DNA from: Octopus sinensis
Taxonomy: Eukaryota
Length of the DNA: 64,000 bases
Assembly: GCF_006345805.1 (NCBI RefSeq)
Contig: NC_043000.1
Location: 125,240,001 to 125,304,000 of the forward strand
Direction: 5' to 3'
Made by a program: the position numbers and the translations under genes. The first letter of the stretch is position 1, and each line of letters begins with the position of its first letter. This document shows, piece by piece, positions 25,641 through 40,356 of the stretch. The notes under the pieces were generated by a model. That model ran no database searches, had not been told where the DNA came from, and saw only the letters and a list, made by a program, of their open reading frames with translations.

Positions 25641-26315
25641 TGTGTACAGGTGCATAAACGTATCTTCCTGCCATTTTAAAATTAGCTTCTCTCGGAAACT
25701 TGCCTCTTATGCTGTCTGTTTAAATATGTAAATGACAAGTACTAAAGTTCAGAATTTTTCCTTATAGCTCAAAATTGACAACTCTAAATATTCACGCATC
25801 TATTAATTTTAACTTTATGCACTTACATCTGCTCTGTGCATTAACTTGCAATAAATAACCATGTTAAATGAAAACCCACTGGATCATTACAAACTTCAAA
25901 CCATTGAGGTTATTTTATGCTAAATCTTTTTTTTTTTTCAGTGTATATATATATATATGTATGTATATGTCCATGAGAGAGAGGAAATCGGTATTTATAT
26001 ATTCCTATATACATACATATATGCACACACACACATATATATATACATATGCATATACATACATATATATATATGTATATGCATATGTATATATATATGC
26101 GTGTGTATGTGTTGTGTGTGAGAGTGTACAGATTGATGGATAGATACATATATATATATATATGTACAGATTGATAGATAGATACATATATATATATATA
26201 TATATACATATAAATATATGTAAGTATAATACATATATTTATAGATACATGCATATATATCTACGTGTGTTGCTATATAAATAGATATATGTGTGTGTAT
26301 GTGTCTGTATATATG

Positions 26316-26360
<45 letters not shown>

Positions 26361-26396
26361 TATATATATACATACATATATGTATACATACATGCA

Positions 26397-26460
<64 letters not shown>

Positions 26461-26984
26461 CATACATGCATGCATCCACACACATACCATGTATATGTGT
26501 GTGTGTATATATATATATATACACACACACATATATACATGGTATGTGTGTGGATATATGTATGTATGTATGTATACTTTTTCAGTATTAAATCACCAAA
26601 TTATATATTAACCCATACAGATGCACATCATATATTATTTATTCACTGACAGGCTTACCAGTTTACAACCTCAATTACATCAACAAATTTTCATTTCTCC
26701 TCCTAAATCCTAGCTTCCACACTTTCACATATTATATTCCATTAGTAATAAATTATATTTATATATTTTGCTCGTTGAGACACCTTTCCTTTCTTAATCA
26801 CTTTTAAAAAATTTTTTAGCAACATATATTTTTAACTAACACTTATCTTTTTCATCAGTTAGCTTTTTATGTTTTTTATCTTAATTTATTCCTAAAATAT
26901 TGTTTCTATCAATTTCTATCCATGAAGTATATGACATAAATTATCTCACCTTTCTCACAAATAATTGAATCTTTTCTGTTATAT

Positions 26985-27690
26985 CTTTTACTTGTTTGAG
27001 TTATTAGACTGTGGCCATTCTGGGGCACTACCTTAAAGCATTTTAGATGAACAAACTGACCACAGTACTAACCATCATCATCATCCAGTGTTTTAAATCA
27101 TCATCATCCCATGTTTTAAATTTGGGTTTAGTCCCTATTAATGGGGGTGGCTGGATCTACCTCAGTGCCATAGCAACTGAGGTAGGCAGGTACAGCCCAC
27201 CCCAACCTTTAAGCTGGCTATCATGAGGCTTTTTTTGGAGCTGGATTTTCTACAGGGAGCATGCCCTTGCTTATCCCTATCCTCAGTTTCTAGACATGAG
27301 TAGTCCCGAGACCAAGGCCTCTACCACAATTTTTAAGTAATGTGGTGAAAAACTAGCTCAGGAAGGCAGGGACACTACTCCCTGGGACCACTTTAGGAGC
27401 CCCCCGACTAATATTATTTTTAAAGCCTGATGCTCATATTGTCAGTCTGTTCTGCCAAAAAGCTAAGTTATGGGGACATAAACACACCAACACCGGTTGT
27501 CAAGCAGTAGTGGGGAACAAAGATGGACACAAAGACAAATACACACACTCATAGCTATATATATGTGATGAACTTCCTTCAATTTCTGTCTATCAAATCC
27601 AATCACAAGGCTTTGGTTGGTCTGAGGCTATAGTACAAGACACTTGCCCAAGGTGTCATGCAGTGGGACTGAATCCGGAACCGTGTGATC
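26985..27690 (-). mobile_element. SINE family C, interrupted
   Basis: Tail at 26985-27070, body and head at about 27420-27690. Confidence 0.7.
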
Positions 27691-27730
27691 ATCATCATCA
27701 TCATCGTTTATATATATATATATATATATA

Positions 27731-27997
27731 AATTAGGAAAAAACCACCTTTTATCAATTCAACAATGAAATAATTAAATTATACCATATAGAAAAAAATT
27801 AAATATAAGATAAAAACATATACGAATGATTAAGTAATGTACAAAATGATAAATAAAAAGTATATAATTGGTAAAATGACTACATGTATTTTGTGGCTAT
27901 ATTTAAAAACTAATAACAGTAAAATTAATTCAATTTAAATATAGCCACTCATCAGGTCCAAGTTAAAAACAATAAAATAATTAAATAAATAAATATA
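27731..27997 (-). mobile_element. Penelope-like 3' end running into (TA)n, with degenerate hammerhead
   Basis: Same family as 12584-12778 (AATTAG..AAAAACCACCTTTTATCAATT end); HHR-like motif at 27877-27960. Confidence 0.6.
27877..27960 (-). ncRNA. Degenerate type I hammerhead motif
   Basis: TGGAC-CTGATGA, perfect 15-bp stem II GTGGCTATATTTAAA/TTTAAATATAGCCAC, AAAA in place of GAAA, TACATGTA palindrome, GTA triplet, 3-bp stem I. Confidence 0.58.
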
Positions 27998-28774
27998 CGT
28001 TAGGAAGGGCATCCAGCCGTTGAAACACTGCCAGATCTGACTGGGCCTGATGAAGCCTTCCGGCTTCACAGACCCCAGTTGAACCGTCCAACCCATGCTA
28101 GCATGGAAAACGGACGCTAAACGATGATGATGATGATGATGATGATGATATAATCTTGTAAAACACGGAATATCTTAACAAATATATTCTAGTATAAAGA
28201 AAACTAGAATAAATATTTATTATATCTATGAAAATAAATTTTATCTTATATAAGAAAAGAATAACAAACTATAATGTATCATTACTAGAAAATTGAATTA
28301 CAATTAATTAAGGATGACACGCAAATTCGTGAAGCGTTCCATATTTTTTTTCTACAGTGGTGGTGCCCCAGCATGGCCGCGGCCTTCAGGCTAAAACATT
28401 TTTTTGAGGATATATATATATAATACAAAATATACATTAAGTGAAAACTAAAATACTATAATTTGCTCTATATACATTAAATTAAATTATTGATTAATTA
28501 ATTAATTTATTTAATAAACATCTAAGTTAAATCTTATTCTAATTAAATAATATATACTAAAAAACTTCATGTTAAGTTATATACATAATGCTAGAACAAA
28601 CTATGAATATTAAAATTAAAAATAGAAAATGCTTCAAATATATACACACCTATTATTTAAACTTACTATATTATTAATTTATATATAGTATTTATAGATT
28701 TGATATTACACTCACTTATAGAATTGACTAAAATATCAATTAATATTAAACTTATTTACTTAAATGTAATACTC

Positions 28775-29175
28775 TCTTTCTCTCTCTTTTACTTATTTCA
28801 GTCATTTGACTGCGGCCATGCTGGAGCACCGCCTTTTAGTTGAGCAAATCGACCCCGGGACTTATTCTTTGTAAGCCCAGTACTTATTCTATCGGTCTTT
28901 TTTTGCCAAACCGCTAAGTGACGGGGACGTAAACACACCAGCATCGGTTGTCAAGCAATGCTAGGGGGACAAACACAGACACACAAACACACACATACAT
29001 ACACATATATATATACGACAGGCTTCCTTCAGTTTCCGTCTACCAAATCCACTCACAAGGCATTGGTCGGCCCGGGGCTATAGCAGAAGACACTTGCCCA
29101 AGATGCCACGCAATGGGACTGAACCCGGAACCATGTGGCTGGTTAGCAAGCTACTTACCACACAGCCACTCCTGC
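28775..29175 (-). mobile_element. SINE family C (young, CpG-rich copy)
   Basis: Full-length match to the family. Confidence 0.87.
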
Positions 29176-29758
29176 GACTACGTAACAAATAAACCTCTTA
29201 ACTATAAAATAATATATTATCTTACAAAATTAACTCACAAAGTAAATTATATGTAATACGTTAAATTGTATTATAAAAATAATAATAAAAATAATAAATT
29301 AAATAGATATACGTATCATAACTAATAGTTATCAAGAAACTATATATAAATTAATATTTTAACAATAATGGTCAAACATAATACAATTCAAAAATTAAAT
29401 AATTTTGTTAAAGAAATACGTTACTTATCTTATCGATGAATATTTTATAATTGAATTTAAATGTAAAAATGTAGGGCTTAGCATTATTAAAAAAATAAAC
29501 CCATGAAGACATTGTGTAAAGAGATAGAATAAATTTATTAATGAAAATGACGAAAAATATTTAAGCTTCTAGAGTCAAAGAATAAGAGTACAACATATAT
29601 ATAGATATATAACATATATATCATATATATATATATGTATATATATATAAAACATATATATACATACATATATATATATATATATCAACCCATGCTAGCA
29701 TGGAAAATGGACACTAAACGACGATGATGATGATGATGATATATATATATATATAAAC

Positions 29759-29939
29759 GAGTTACAAAACAGTGAGATCTAATGGATATACAAATTAATT
29801 TTTTAATTAATCAACATATTCACCAACAATTGTTTCATTTCACAAATAAGATTAAAATTACAAAACACATATGTTGGTGAATATGTTCATTAATTAATAA
29901 ATTAATTTGTATCCATTAGATCTCTCTGTTTTCTAACTT
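29759..29939. repeat. About 70-bp imperfect inverted repeat next to a (TA)n tract
   Basis: 29759-29828 versus 29872-29939 reverse complement with a few mismatches and indels. Confidence 0.8.
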
Positions 29940-30069
29940 GATAAAAATGTTTGATATTTTACGATATTTTATATAAATGTATTCATTGAAGAATTAGCGT
30001 TTCAAAATTTAATACATTAAACCAGTGTATCTTGGATAAATATCCCTATAAGAGGTTGGAATATCTTCA

Positions 30070-30460
30070 TTGTGGCTATGTGATAAGTAGCTTGCTTACC
30101 AACCACATGGTTCCAGGTTCAGTCCCACTGCGTGGCACCTTGGGCAAGTGTTTTCTACTATAGCCTCAGTCCGACTAAAGCCTTGTAAGTTGATTTGGTG
30201 GACAGAAACTGAAAGAAGCCTGTCGTATATATGTATATATATATGTATGTGTGTGTGTGTTTGTCCCCCCAACATCGCTTGACAACCGATGCTAGTGTGT
30301 TTACGTCCCCGTAACTTAGCAGTTTGACAAAAGAGACCGATAGAATAAGTACTAGGCTGACAAAGAATAAGTCCTGGGGTCGATTTGTTTGACTAAAGGC
30401 GGTGCTCCAGCATGGCCGCAGTCAAATGACTGAAACAAATATAAGAATAAAAGAATAAAA
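30070..30460 (+). mobile_element. SINE family C
   Basis: Full-length match to the family. Confidence 0.85.
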
Positions 30461-30516
30461 AAAGAAAGTGTGACATATATTTCCAAAGGTCTTGGTCATT
30501 TGTCATTGACTCTAAG

Positions 30517-30684
30517 CACTAGCATAGGTAGTGTGCCACCCAGAGTGACCCTTCCGTTTGCCACCCCCAAACCCTACAAAAAAACACATATTGCCTATAG
30601 CAGACCCAAAAGTCGTGCCCCTTTAAAAGTGTCACATGGGATGGGCTGCCCCTGTCGCCCCCCCCCACTCCAAGTACACTAGTG
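30517..30684. mobile_element. Second copy of the 33704 MITE family
   Basis: CACTAG...CTAGTG ends and shared internal CACATATTGCCTA..GCCCCTTTAAAAGTG; no TSD recognisable. Confidence 0.7.
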
Positions 30685-31379
30685 CCTTCGTAAGAAAGTG
30701 CCCCCTGACTGGCTCCCACATCAGTGGCACGTAGAAAGCACTATTCAAATGTAATCGATGCCTGGCCTGCCTGACCGGCTCCTGTGCTGGTGACACATAA
30801 AAAGCACCCACTACACTCTCAGAGTGGTTGGCATTAGGAAGGGCATCCAGTTGTAGAAACATTGCCAGATCAGATTGAAGCCTGGTGCAGCCTCTGGCTC
30901 ACCAGTCCTCAGTCAAATCGTTCAACCCATGCCAGCAGGGAATACAGACATTAAACAATGATGATGATGATATATACGCACACACACTGCTTATTTATTC
31001 TGTAACTCTCCGTTCCAAATACAGTGTAGAATTATTTTCTATAAATAATCAACTCCTTGCCCTTCTCACATCAACCTAATCTTCTTTCTCTACCATTCAT
31101 CATGATATATTGATAAATAGGAACAATCTCACATGGATGAGCACCATCAGGGAGTAAAGCATATTGCACCTTTGTCACATTAGGTTCAAGGGGAAATGAT
31201 ATTTACTGTTATATAATCAGTGTTTTGTTTTTCTTTTTTAGTTTGTGATTTTTCTTCATTCTTAACGAGCAAACAAATTGCATATTCACTCATGCACACA
31301 CACACACATATACAAACAAATGTATGTATGTATGTATGTATGTATGTATGTATGTATGTATGTATGTATGTATGTATAA

Positions 31380-31452
<73 letters not shown>

Positions 31453-31488
31453 AGATAGATAGTTAGATAGATAGTTAGATAGATAGGC

Positions 31489-31522
<34 letters not shown>

Positions 31523-31523
31523 C

Positions 31524-31598
<75 letters not shown>

Positions 31599-32809
31599 GC
31601 AGACAGACAGATAGATAGAGGGAGAGAAAGAGAGAGAGACATACATACATACATGCATACACATGCTTACATTGCATTCATACATACATATATACATAGA
31701 TACATACATGCACACACGTATGCATGCATGCATACATACATACATACATACATACATACATACATACATACATACATACATACATACATCTATATTGTTC
31801 CTAATTGGAAATGAAGCCTTAGAGATAAAAGACGCAGTAAATGAGAAGGTGTGGCAACCACACTAATCAGCTTATAAGCCATTCATTCAATCAACAAAAT
31901 GTGCCAAACACATCACTTATATTTTCATCAACATTTTGAATTTGGTATGTCAATCATCTTATAGTTTATTATATTCAATACACAAGACATATCTACCTTC
32001 TGGTTTGTTTTGTTTTTGTGTTTCTTAATCATACTTCCTTTTGTAAAATAAATTAATGAGGTAATTTAATAAAAAATTTATAAAATAATTTAATAAATTA
32101 TTGTTTTCTTTGATAAAATGATTGAAATAATTCAAAGCTTTTGATACAAACCTGCCTGGAAATCCTTCTGGCTTTATGATACAAAAGCCCCTGATATTTA
32201 AAATATTTATATTTAATTTGAAACCTTCCAATATAATTTTATGTAGGAACCTTTCAAGTTAAGTTCCAAACACCAGCTTGATACTTCTAATTTCAGTAGA
32301 AGGCTAGCAGTTTTAAGAGTAGGGAAAGTTAATAGCATCAGCCCCAGTGCTCAACTGGTACCTATTTTATTGCCCCCCGCCCCACAGAATAAAAAGGCAA
32401 AGTAGACCTTGGTGGCATTTGAACATAGAATGAAAGAGTCAAAGGAAATGTTGCAAAGCATTTTAGTTTGACATGGTAATGATTTTAAGAATGTCTGGAA
32501 AGTGAAAGTAAATACAGCTGAAAATTTGTAAATATCACAAAGCCTAGAATAAACATAGTATAACATCATAGTATTATTAAAGTATAACATCATAGACATA
32601 GAATAAGAGTGTAATATTTACAGAGTAATAAAAATGGCAGAAATTGTAAGGAACATAACAAAATTGCTTTTAACTAATTAACTTTGCTTGTTTACATTTG
32701 AGTTCAAATCCCAGATTTACCTTTGTCTTTCATCTCTTGGAGGTAAATAAAATAGTTATTAGAAATACCCTGGTGTTGATTCAACTGAAGCTACATCTTT
32801 CAAATAGGT

Positions 32810-33200
32810 GTAGATATGGCTGTGTGGTTAAGGAGCTTGTTTTGCAATCATGTAGTTTTGAGTTCAGTCCCACTATGCAGCACCTTGAGAATGGGTCTTC
32901 TGTTATAACATCGGGCTGACCAATAAGTAAATTTGATGGGCAGAAACTGTGTGGAAGCCCATCATACATAACATATACATGTATATAAGTGTGTCCTTTT
33001 ATTTGTTTCCCCCTCTGCTTAACCTATGCTTGTTTGTTTACATTCCTGTAACTTTGCAGTTTTGGCAAAAGAGACCAGTAGAATTAATACCAAGCTTAAA
33101 AAATAAATATTGGAGCCAATTTACTTGACTAAACCCTTGAAGGTGGTGCCCCAGCATAACTGTAACCCAATTACTGAAATGATTAAAAGCTAAAAGATAA
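32810..33200 (+). mobile_element. SINE family C, diverged
   Basis: Head GGCTGTGTGGTTAAG..GAGTTCAGTCCC and degenerate tail. Confidence 0.7.
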
Positions 33201-33703
33201 ATTGTAATTATTTAAAAAATCATAATCATTTTACTTTTTCATTTTGGTGCTTGGTGTGGAATTAGACCAAAGGTCACAGCTCAGGTCATTTCTTATTCAG
33301 AGTTGCTTCCCTCCTCGATGGGTCAGATCACTCTATCACTTGTATGATAAATTTTGACCAACATTTTATAGAGGGTACTAATATTTAGAAAGGATAATGA
33401 CCCTACATCAATGTTTTAATCCTTTTGTTACTATATTTCTTTTAAATTGCATCACCTTTGGCTTAAGTAATTTTGAAAATAATGAACAACTAATTAAATA
33501 ATTTAATCATTATGAAGATGGTGATTGGAATTATCATGACATTTTGATGGAAGATTTTAATTTAAATCATTTTAAAACAAGGAATTTGTATCATAGAACA
33601 TAGAATGGTTTCAGTCAGTCTGATATCAAAACGTTTGATGCAGGTACAGAGACAAGCTTTTATAAGAAGGGGTCTGGATGAGCCATGGCTCATTATCAGG
33701 CAG

Positions 33704-33859
33704 CACTAGCATAGCTAGAGTGTGTGCCACCCGTGGTGGCCCTTCCGTCTGCTGCCCCTGAACCCCACAAAAACACATATTGCCTACAGCAATAGCTTAC
33801 AACAGGATGAAAATTGCTGCCCCTTTAAAAGTGCAACCTGCCCCCTAGCTGTGCTAGTG
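33704..33859. mobile_element. hAT-type MITE (156 bp)
   Basis: 15-bp TIR CACTAGCA(T/C)AGCTAG; perfect 8-bp TSD TCAGGCAG. Confidence 0.82.
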
Positions 33860-35240
33860 TCAGGCAGGTCACATTACTAAAAACATTCAAATTAATTTTT
33901 TCGTTAGTGTGCCATTCAGAAAGTCCCACAGGCCACATTTTACTCATGACTGCTTTATTGACTCTCATTAAGTTCTTACATAGGAGAGATCTAATTATAT
34001 AACTCCAAGATTTTAATAAAAGTTTAGGTAATATCAGGAATATATATATATAAACAATGCTCTGAGGAATTTTTAATTGAGATTATATATAAATATGACT
34101 AATTTTGATAACTGTGAAAGCTTTTAGGTAGTGAACTTTGAATATAATCATAACATAAATCATGGATAATTATTCAAAATATTTCAATATTTTAACTTAA
34201 AGATACATTTTGTTACATATGTGACCAGTGTTTACATTAAATTTAAAGAATGACAATAATTTTGAAGGAGTCACTTGGTTGAGATTCAATTTTCCTAACA
34301 TATAATTATTATTAATGGCCAAATTTGACTTTTACAACTTAGGTTGGCATTGAAAATTGAGCAATATATTCTAGTTTTTATTTTATTTTATCATTCTTAG
34401 GAACATAATTTCCTATTTCTGACAGCATAAATGTGCTCTGATTAATTTTCATGTAATTCTATCTCAATGAACAATGTCTGAGAGAGTATCATCGAGCTGA
34501 ATTTCAAGATATTTGATGTTCTTGGATGGACTTAATTTGGTTATATTTTTGTAAATGATAATTAATTTCTCTGAAAAATTCTGTCTACATTTACTGATAT
34601 TTTGTTCAAAGTGAATCAATATAAAAGGTGCTTTCAATCATAATTTATATTTCGGTGTCACTTTTGTTTTATTCAGATTATTACTAGGAAGATCACTATC
34701 ATTAGTAAAATGACAAATTAGTGTTTCATACAGTAGGTCATTCATATAAATTATAAATAAGACAGAAAAGCAAAAACGATAGTGTTTTGTAGTTGTTTAA
34801 CCCCAGGTCAGTTCTCATCATGCAGACTTATGATCAAAGGTGTTCCTGTCATGACTATTCCATCATTTTATTCAGACAATGTATCTTGGACTACATTATC
34901 AAATATGTCTATTTTTAAAACAGTAAGGTGGCATTTAAGCAGGATTTGGTTGTTATTTCTAGCAAACTTATTGGTCACCATGACTCACGTAGTTGAACTC
35001 ATGGTGTTGTGTTTAGAATCATAGCTCAATACTGATGTGTATTGACTCCTATTTTAAAGGTAACTTTTAAATAATTCTGATCATTGATTCCTACCATAGG
35101 TTCAAGGTCTTGAATCCACGGGATAGGTATAGTTGATTACATCGACCCCAGGATTTTACTTATTAACCCTGAAAAGATAAAAAGCAAAAGATGACAACAC
35201 TGGTGAAATCTGAACTGTAAACATGAAGAGTTCTAATTAA

Positions 35241-35480
35241 ATACCTATTTCTTTACTACTCACAAAGGGCTAAACACAGAGAGGACAAACAAGGACAGAC
35301 AAACGTATTAAGTCGATTATATCGACCCCAGTGCATAACTGGTACTTATTTAATCGACCCCGAAAGAATGAAAGGCAAAGTCGACCTCGGCGGAATTTGA
35401 ACTCAGAACATGGTGGCAGACGAAACACTGCTAAGTATTTCGCCTGGCATGCTAACGTTTCTGATAGCTCGCCACCCTAA
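35241..35480 (-). mobile_element. SINE family B
   Basis: Reverse complement of the family B head and body. Confidence 0.82.
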
Positions 35481-36479
35481 GTTCTAATTAAATACCATAA
35501 GATATTTGGTATAGCACTCTACTGGTTCTATTAATAACAAAGAAGTAGCAAACATTCATGTCAGAACTCCAGTCTTAGAATAACTTCCTCTCCTCCACCC
35601 ACTGCCTCAGGGACCCTAAAAGGTTACCAAGGGTGCTGCCTTTTCTATTTTAACTAAACAATAAAACAGCAATATAAAATGTTATTATGGATGTGTGGTG
35701 TAGAAGTTTAGTTCTCAACCATTAAGAAAACTTCGAGAAACTATAAGAAGACTTAGAGAAACAACTCTGTGTTAAAATTTAATATTCAGGATAATACAAA
35801 CAAGACTATTTTTAGACTGGAACTTATAGATTGGAAAAGAAGAACAGATATGTTACATCAATATACACCAAATAAATGCAGTTACGCATTGAATTGCCTA
35901 ACAAATTGCAGCATTACAAAAGAATACACACCTGAGAAATATAAGGATCAGATCACGTGAGGAAGTTTTACAGATTTTTAAAGCAACCGCTATAATAGGT
36001 ACCATTTCCACAATTAGATGTAGAAAGCTCTTTCACTAACAGTGCAATGGCAGAAATGATAGAAATCATTATAAATAGTGTATATAAACCTCCAAACATA
36101 TAGCTGCCCAGGATATTGGAAAACTAATTAAAAACACAACTTATGATATGTAGAACTGAAATACTTTTTTATCACTCACTTGATGATGTATACAAGCACA
36201 CAGAAGGAATAGCCATAGGTTACTCCTCACAAGGTTAACTTTGCATTATGCCTCTTATCCACAACAGAGAACAGAATAATACTGAAACTAAAATGCATAA
36301 TATACACTAGATACATAAATGATGTACGAGTTGTAGTGTATATGTTTAAAAGATATCAGAAAAACTAATGAGAAGAGTTAAAAAATAACTCCATACTAAA
36401 ATATAATATCCAGAATAATACTAATGAGACCTCATTTTGAGGTATAAACATACAGATTCTTTTCTTATCTAGGCATAAG

Positions 36480-36552
36480 GCCTGATAAACACACCAGCAT
36501 CGGTTGTCAAGAGATGTTGGGGGAACAAACACAGACACACAAACATACACAT

Positions 36553-36591
<39 letters not shown>

Positions 36592-36755
36592 TACAATGGG
36601 CTTCTTTCAGTTTCTGTCTACCAAATCCACTCGCAAGGCTTTGGTTGGCCCAAGGCTATAGTAGAAAATACTTGCCCAAGATACCACGCAGTGGGACTGA
36701 ACCCAGAACCATGTGTTTGGTAAGCAAGCTACTTACCACACAGCCACTCCTGCAC
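36480..36755 (-). mobile_element. SINE family C, partial
   Basis: Head and body present, most of the tail missing. Confidence 0.8.
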
Positions 36756-37273
36756 CTATTTTTTTTTTTAAATCAGTGCTTTAAGACAAAACTATTTCAG
36801 TGTATTTGTCCTTCCCAAATAACACAGATTCTCAATTGTTCCTTTTGCCATCATGAATGCAATAAGTAAAATGATTAGCCCATTACAGGACAGAACCAAA
36901 ACTATGTTTTAGTATACAAAGCAATGATATAGAATACATAAAATCCAAATAAACTTTGTAATGATGAAACTCAAATAAACAAAATGTAAATTCAGAAAGT
37001 GAGATGGCAAAATGAAATGCTGTCTTGGCCTTCAATTTAACACCTCTCTCATAATGCAGGGAAACACTTTAGTTATTATGTTAGTCTTTCTGAATGAATT
37101 CTTCTAAGTAGACATTCAATAATTAAAGAAATAATTACCATAATTTGAAACATTTCAGAAGGAGGTGTATTGTAAAACATAGATCATTTATTAGCTTGTA
37201 ATTGGCAAAATTATGTTCCTAATTACATGTAAAATCTATCTATTTATCTATCTATCTATCTATCTATCGATCG

Positions 37274-37305
<32 letters not shown>

Positions 37306-37401
37306 GTTTATCTATCTGTCTATCTATTTATCTATTTATTTATCTTTCCATGTATCCCTTTATCTATCTCTCTATCCATGTATCTCTTTATTTCTCTATC
37401 T

Positions 37402-37547
<146 letters not shown>

Positions 37548-37550
37548 TTA

Positions 37551-38580
37551 TGGCACCGCGAGTGTCGCGTAGCTCTCAAGCAACTATGCCATTCCGGGTT
37601 GACCTTGAGCAACTTCAACACAACCAAAAAATTCTATGGGAGATTAGTGGAGGGGAGGTACAATAATGAGCTCGGGGCGAACCTGGGCGTCGACGAGAAA
37701 TACCTGACCTATGGACAACTTCCAGAGATCTCTGGCCTGGCAGTGCTACAGAGAAGCGCTACCCGTTCAGGATAAACTCTACAGACACGGCTCGAGAAAC
37801 ACGGGGCCAACCTGCCTGAGATGTGGTCAGAGCGACGAAACCGTTCTGCACGCACTCATGCAGTGTCCAACCATTTCTGATCTGTGGGCTTATGTCAAAT
37901 GACTGCTGTCACATGTGGGACAAGTCGGTTTATCAGCCGAGTCTATCGTCAATATCATCACGCCTCCTTCCTTCAAACGGGAAGGAAGAGCTATTTTAAT
38001 CATACTTGTGGCTATGGCGAAAGAATGTATCTGGTAGACACGTCTGAAAGGATTGGAGACAAACACTTTCCTCTCTGGCCAATCTCTCATCAAAAGGAAA
38101 GTGAGAGTAGAGAGGCAAGTTTTGTCTAGAAGAATGTTTCAGAAAAAGATGGGTGAATGTAGCAAGGATGGCACGTATGAATGACGAAGCCAACTTGAGC
38201 ATAATCCTATGAACCTGGAAAAATTTGAAACAGAGTTACTTACTTGCAAATAAATGTGTTAACATGTGACATTAATGACCGAGGTTACCGTGGTCTTTTC
38301 TGTAGGCTTTTCTTTCCACTGATAAACCTTATCTGCTTCCCCCTTTACACTTTACATCATGACATTTCTATGATACACGATCCCTATTGATCGTTTTTTT
38401 CTTTTTCTTTCTTTTTTCTTTTTCTTTTTTCTTTTTCTTTTTCTTTTTCTTTTTTATTTTCCTTTCTACAATCCCTTTTGATCGAAAACCTACCCCACTT
38501 TTTTTTTCTCCCCAAAAAGAAAAGCTCTACTTTGTAATTTGTCCCGTCTGTGTTCAGCTCTGTGTGTCTAATAAAGAAAC
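37551..38580 (+). mobile_element. 3' fragment of a Tx1/L1-clade LINE (zf-RVT region and 3' UTR)
   Basis: WQCYREALPVQDKLYRHG...CLRCGQSDETVLHALMQCP..LWAYVK (37711-37902); T-rich 3' UTR and AATAAA. Confidence 0.8.
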
Positions 38581-39247
38581 ATATTTATGTATGTATGTAA
38601 ATCAAAAAAAAAAACAATAAAACAACAATGCGAGTACATGATACATGCAAAGTATTAAAAGATACTCAGGGAAGGAAAGAAAGTTTCTTTTACGTTTTAA
38701 GCAAAGCTCTTCTTCAGAAACAGGAGACAGAGAAAAGTCCAAGAGAAAGAGAAGACGGAGGGAAAAAATCGCCAACAATCCACTTGTAGTTATCTATCTA
38801 TCTATCTATTTATCTCTTCATCTATTTATCTGTCTATCTATCTATGTATCTATTTATCTATCTATTTATCTATTTATCTATTTATCTATCTAATCTCTCT
38901 CTCTCTCTCTATGTATCTATCTATCTATCTATCTATCTATCTGTCCATCTATTTTCCTATCTATCTAGCTAATCTATCTATCTATCTATGTTTGTTTGTA
39001 TGTTAGGTCAGGTCACTCTTAGTGCTGCTAGCAATATGTAACCCAATACAAACTGTCATATGTTTGGGCCAACTACAACTGAACAAGCAACCTACCAAAC
39101 CTGTTTAGTAAAGAGGGTGGTTTCCTTGGGCACCATGCAAAATGAAAACCAAAACCTGTCAAAGGATGGACGAACTCAATAGAGTCAACAGCCATCCAAC
39201 AGCTGAGAATGAGAGGCCTTAGTCTTTATTTAGGTATCCCTCTAGGA

Positions 39248-40254
39248 CAGGGGCTGGGAAACTTTTTTAACCAATTACCCCAAAATATATTTATTTACGC
39301 TGAAGTTACCCCCTTGATTTGAAAGGAAGAAAAAACATAGATTCTTTGAATTGAAAAGTTTTATTGAATCTATTTTAATCAATCTATTTATATGAATCTA
39401 TTTACATGTCCATTACATTGGACAGATGCAGTGTTCCCAGAAGAAACATTTCTATCATGCCAAGGAACATGTCTTTTATATAATTTTACTTATGCATAGG
39501 CGTAGGAGTGGCTATGTGGCAAGTAGCTTGCTTACCAACCACATGGTTCTGGGTTCAGTCCCACTGCGTGGCACCTTGGGCAAGTGTCTTCTACTATAGC
39601 CTCAGGCCGACCAAAGCCTTGTGAGTAGATTTGGTAGACAGAAACTGAAAGAAGCCCATCGTATATATGTATATATATATATGTGTGTGTGTATGTTTGT
39701 GTCTGCGTTTGTCTCCCCAACATCACTTGACAACCGATGGTAGTGTGTTTATGTCCCTGTAACTTAGCGGTTCAGCTAACAAGACCAATAGAATAAGTAC
39801 TAGGCTTACAAAGAATAAGTCCTGAGATCGATTTGCTTGACTAAAAGTGGTGCTCCAGCATGGCCGCAATCAAACAACTGAAACAAGTAAAAGAATGCAC
39901 GTAAAAAGCACCATTTGCACGTGATCATTACCAGCATTGCCTTACTGGCACTTGTGCCGGTGGTACGTGAAAAAACATTCAAGCGAGGTCGTTGCCAGTG
40001 CCACTGGACTGGCTCCTGTGCAGGTGGCACGTAAAAAGCACCATTTGAGCGTGGTCGTTGCCAGTACAGCCTGACTGGCCCTCATACTGGTGGCACGTAA
40101 AAGCACCCACTACACTCTCAGAGTGGTTAGCGTTAGGAAGGGCATCCAGCTGTAGAAACTCTGCCAGATCAGATTGGAGCCTGGTGCAGCCATCTGGTTC
40201 GTCAGACCTCAGTCAAATAGTCTAACCCATGCTAGCATGGAAAACGGACGTTAA

Positions 40255-40285
<31 letters not shown>

Positions 40286-40356
40286 GTTCTCATTTCCCAC
40301 AAGAATTCCATTTTTACCCCCACTTGGGGTAATTTACCCTGGTTCACTGACCCCTG
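39248..40356. mobile_element. hAT MITE expanded by nested SINEs (about 39497-40285)
   Basis: Ends CAGGGGC / CCCCTG; 8-bp TSD CTCTAGGA / CTCTAAGA. Confidence 0.7.
39497..39895 (+). mobile_element. SINE family C nested in a hAT MITE
   Basis: Full-length match to the family. Confidence 0.82.

Noticed and set aside
33408-33640. Possible piggyBac-type MITE starting TTAATCCTTTTGTTAC
   Set aside because: Right end too degenerate to confirm a TIR or TTAA TSD.
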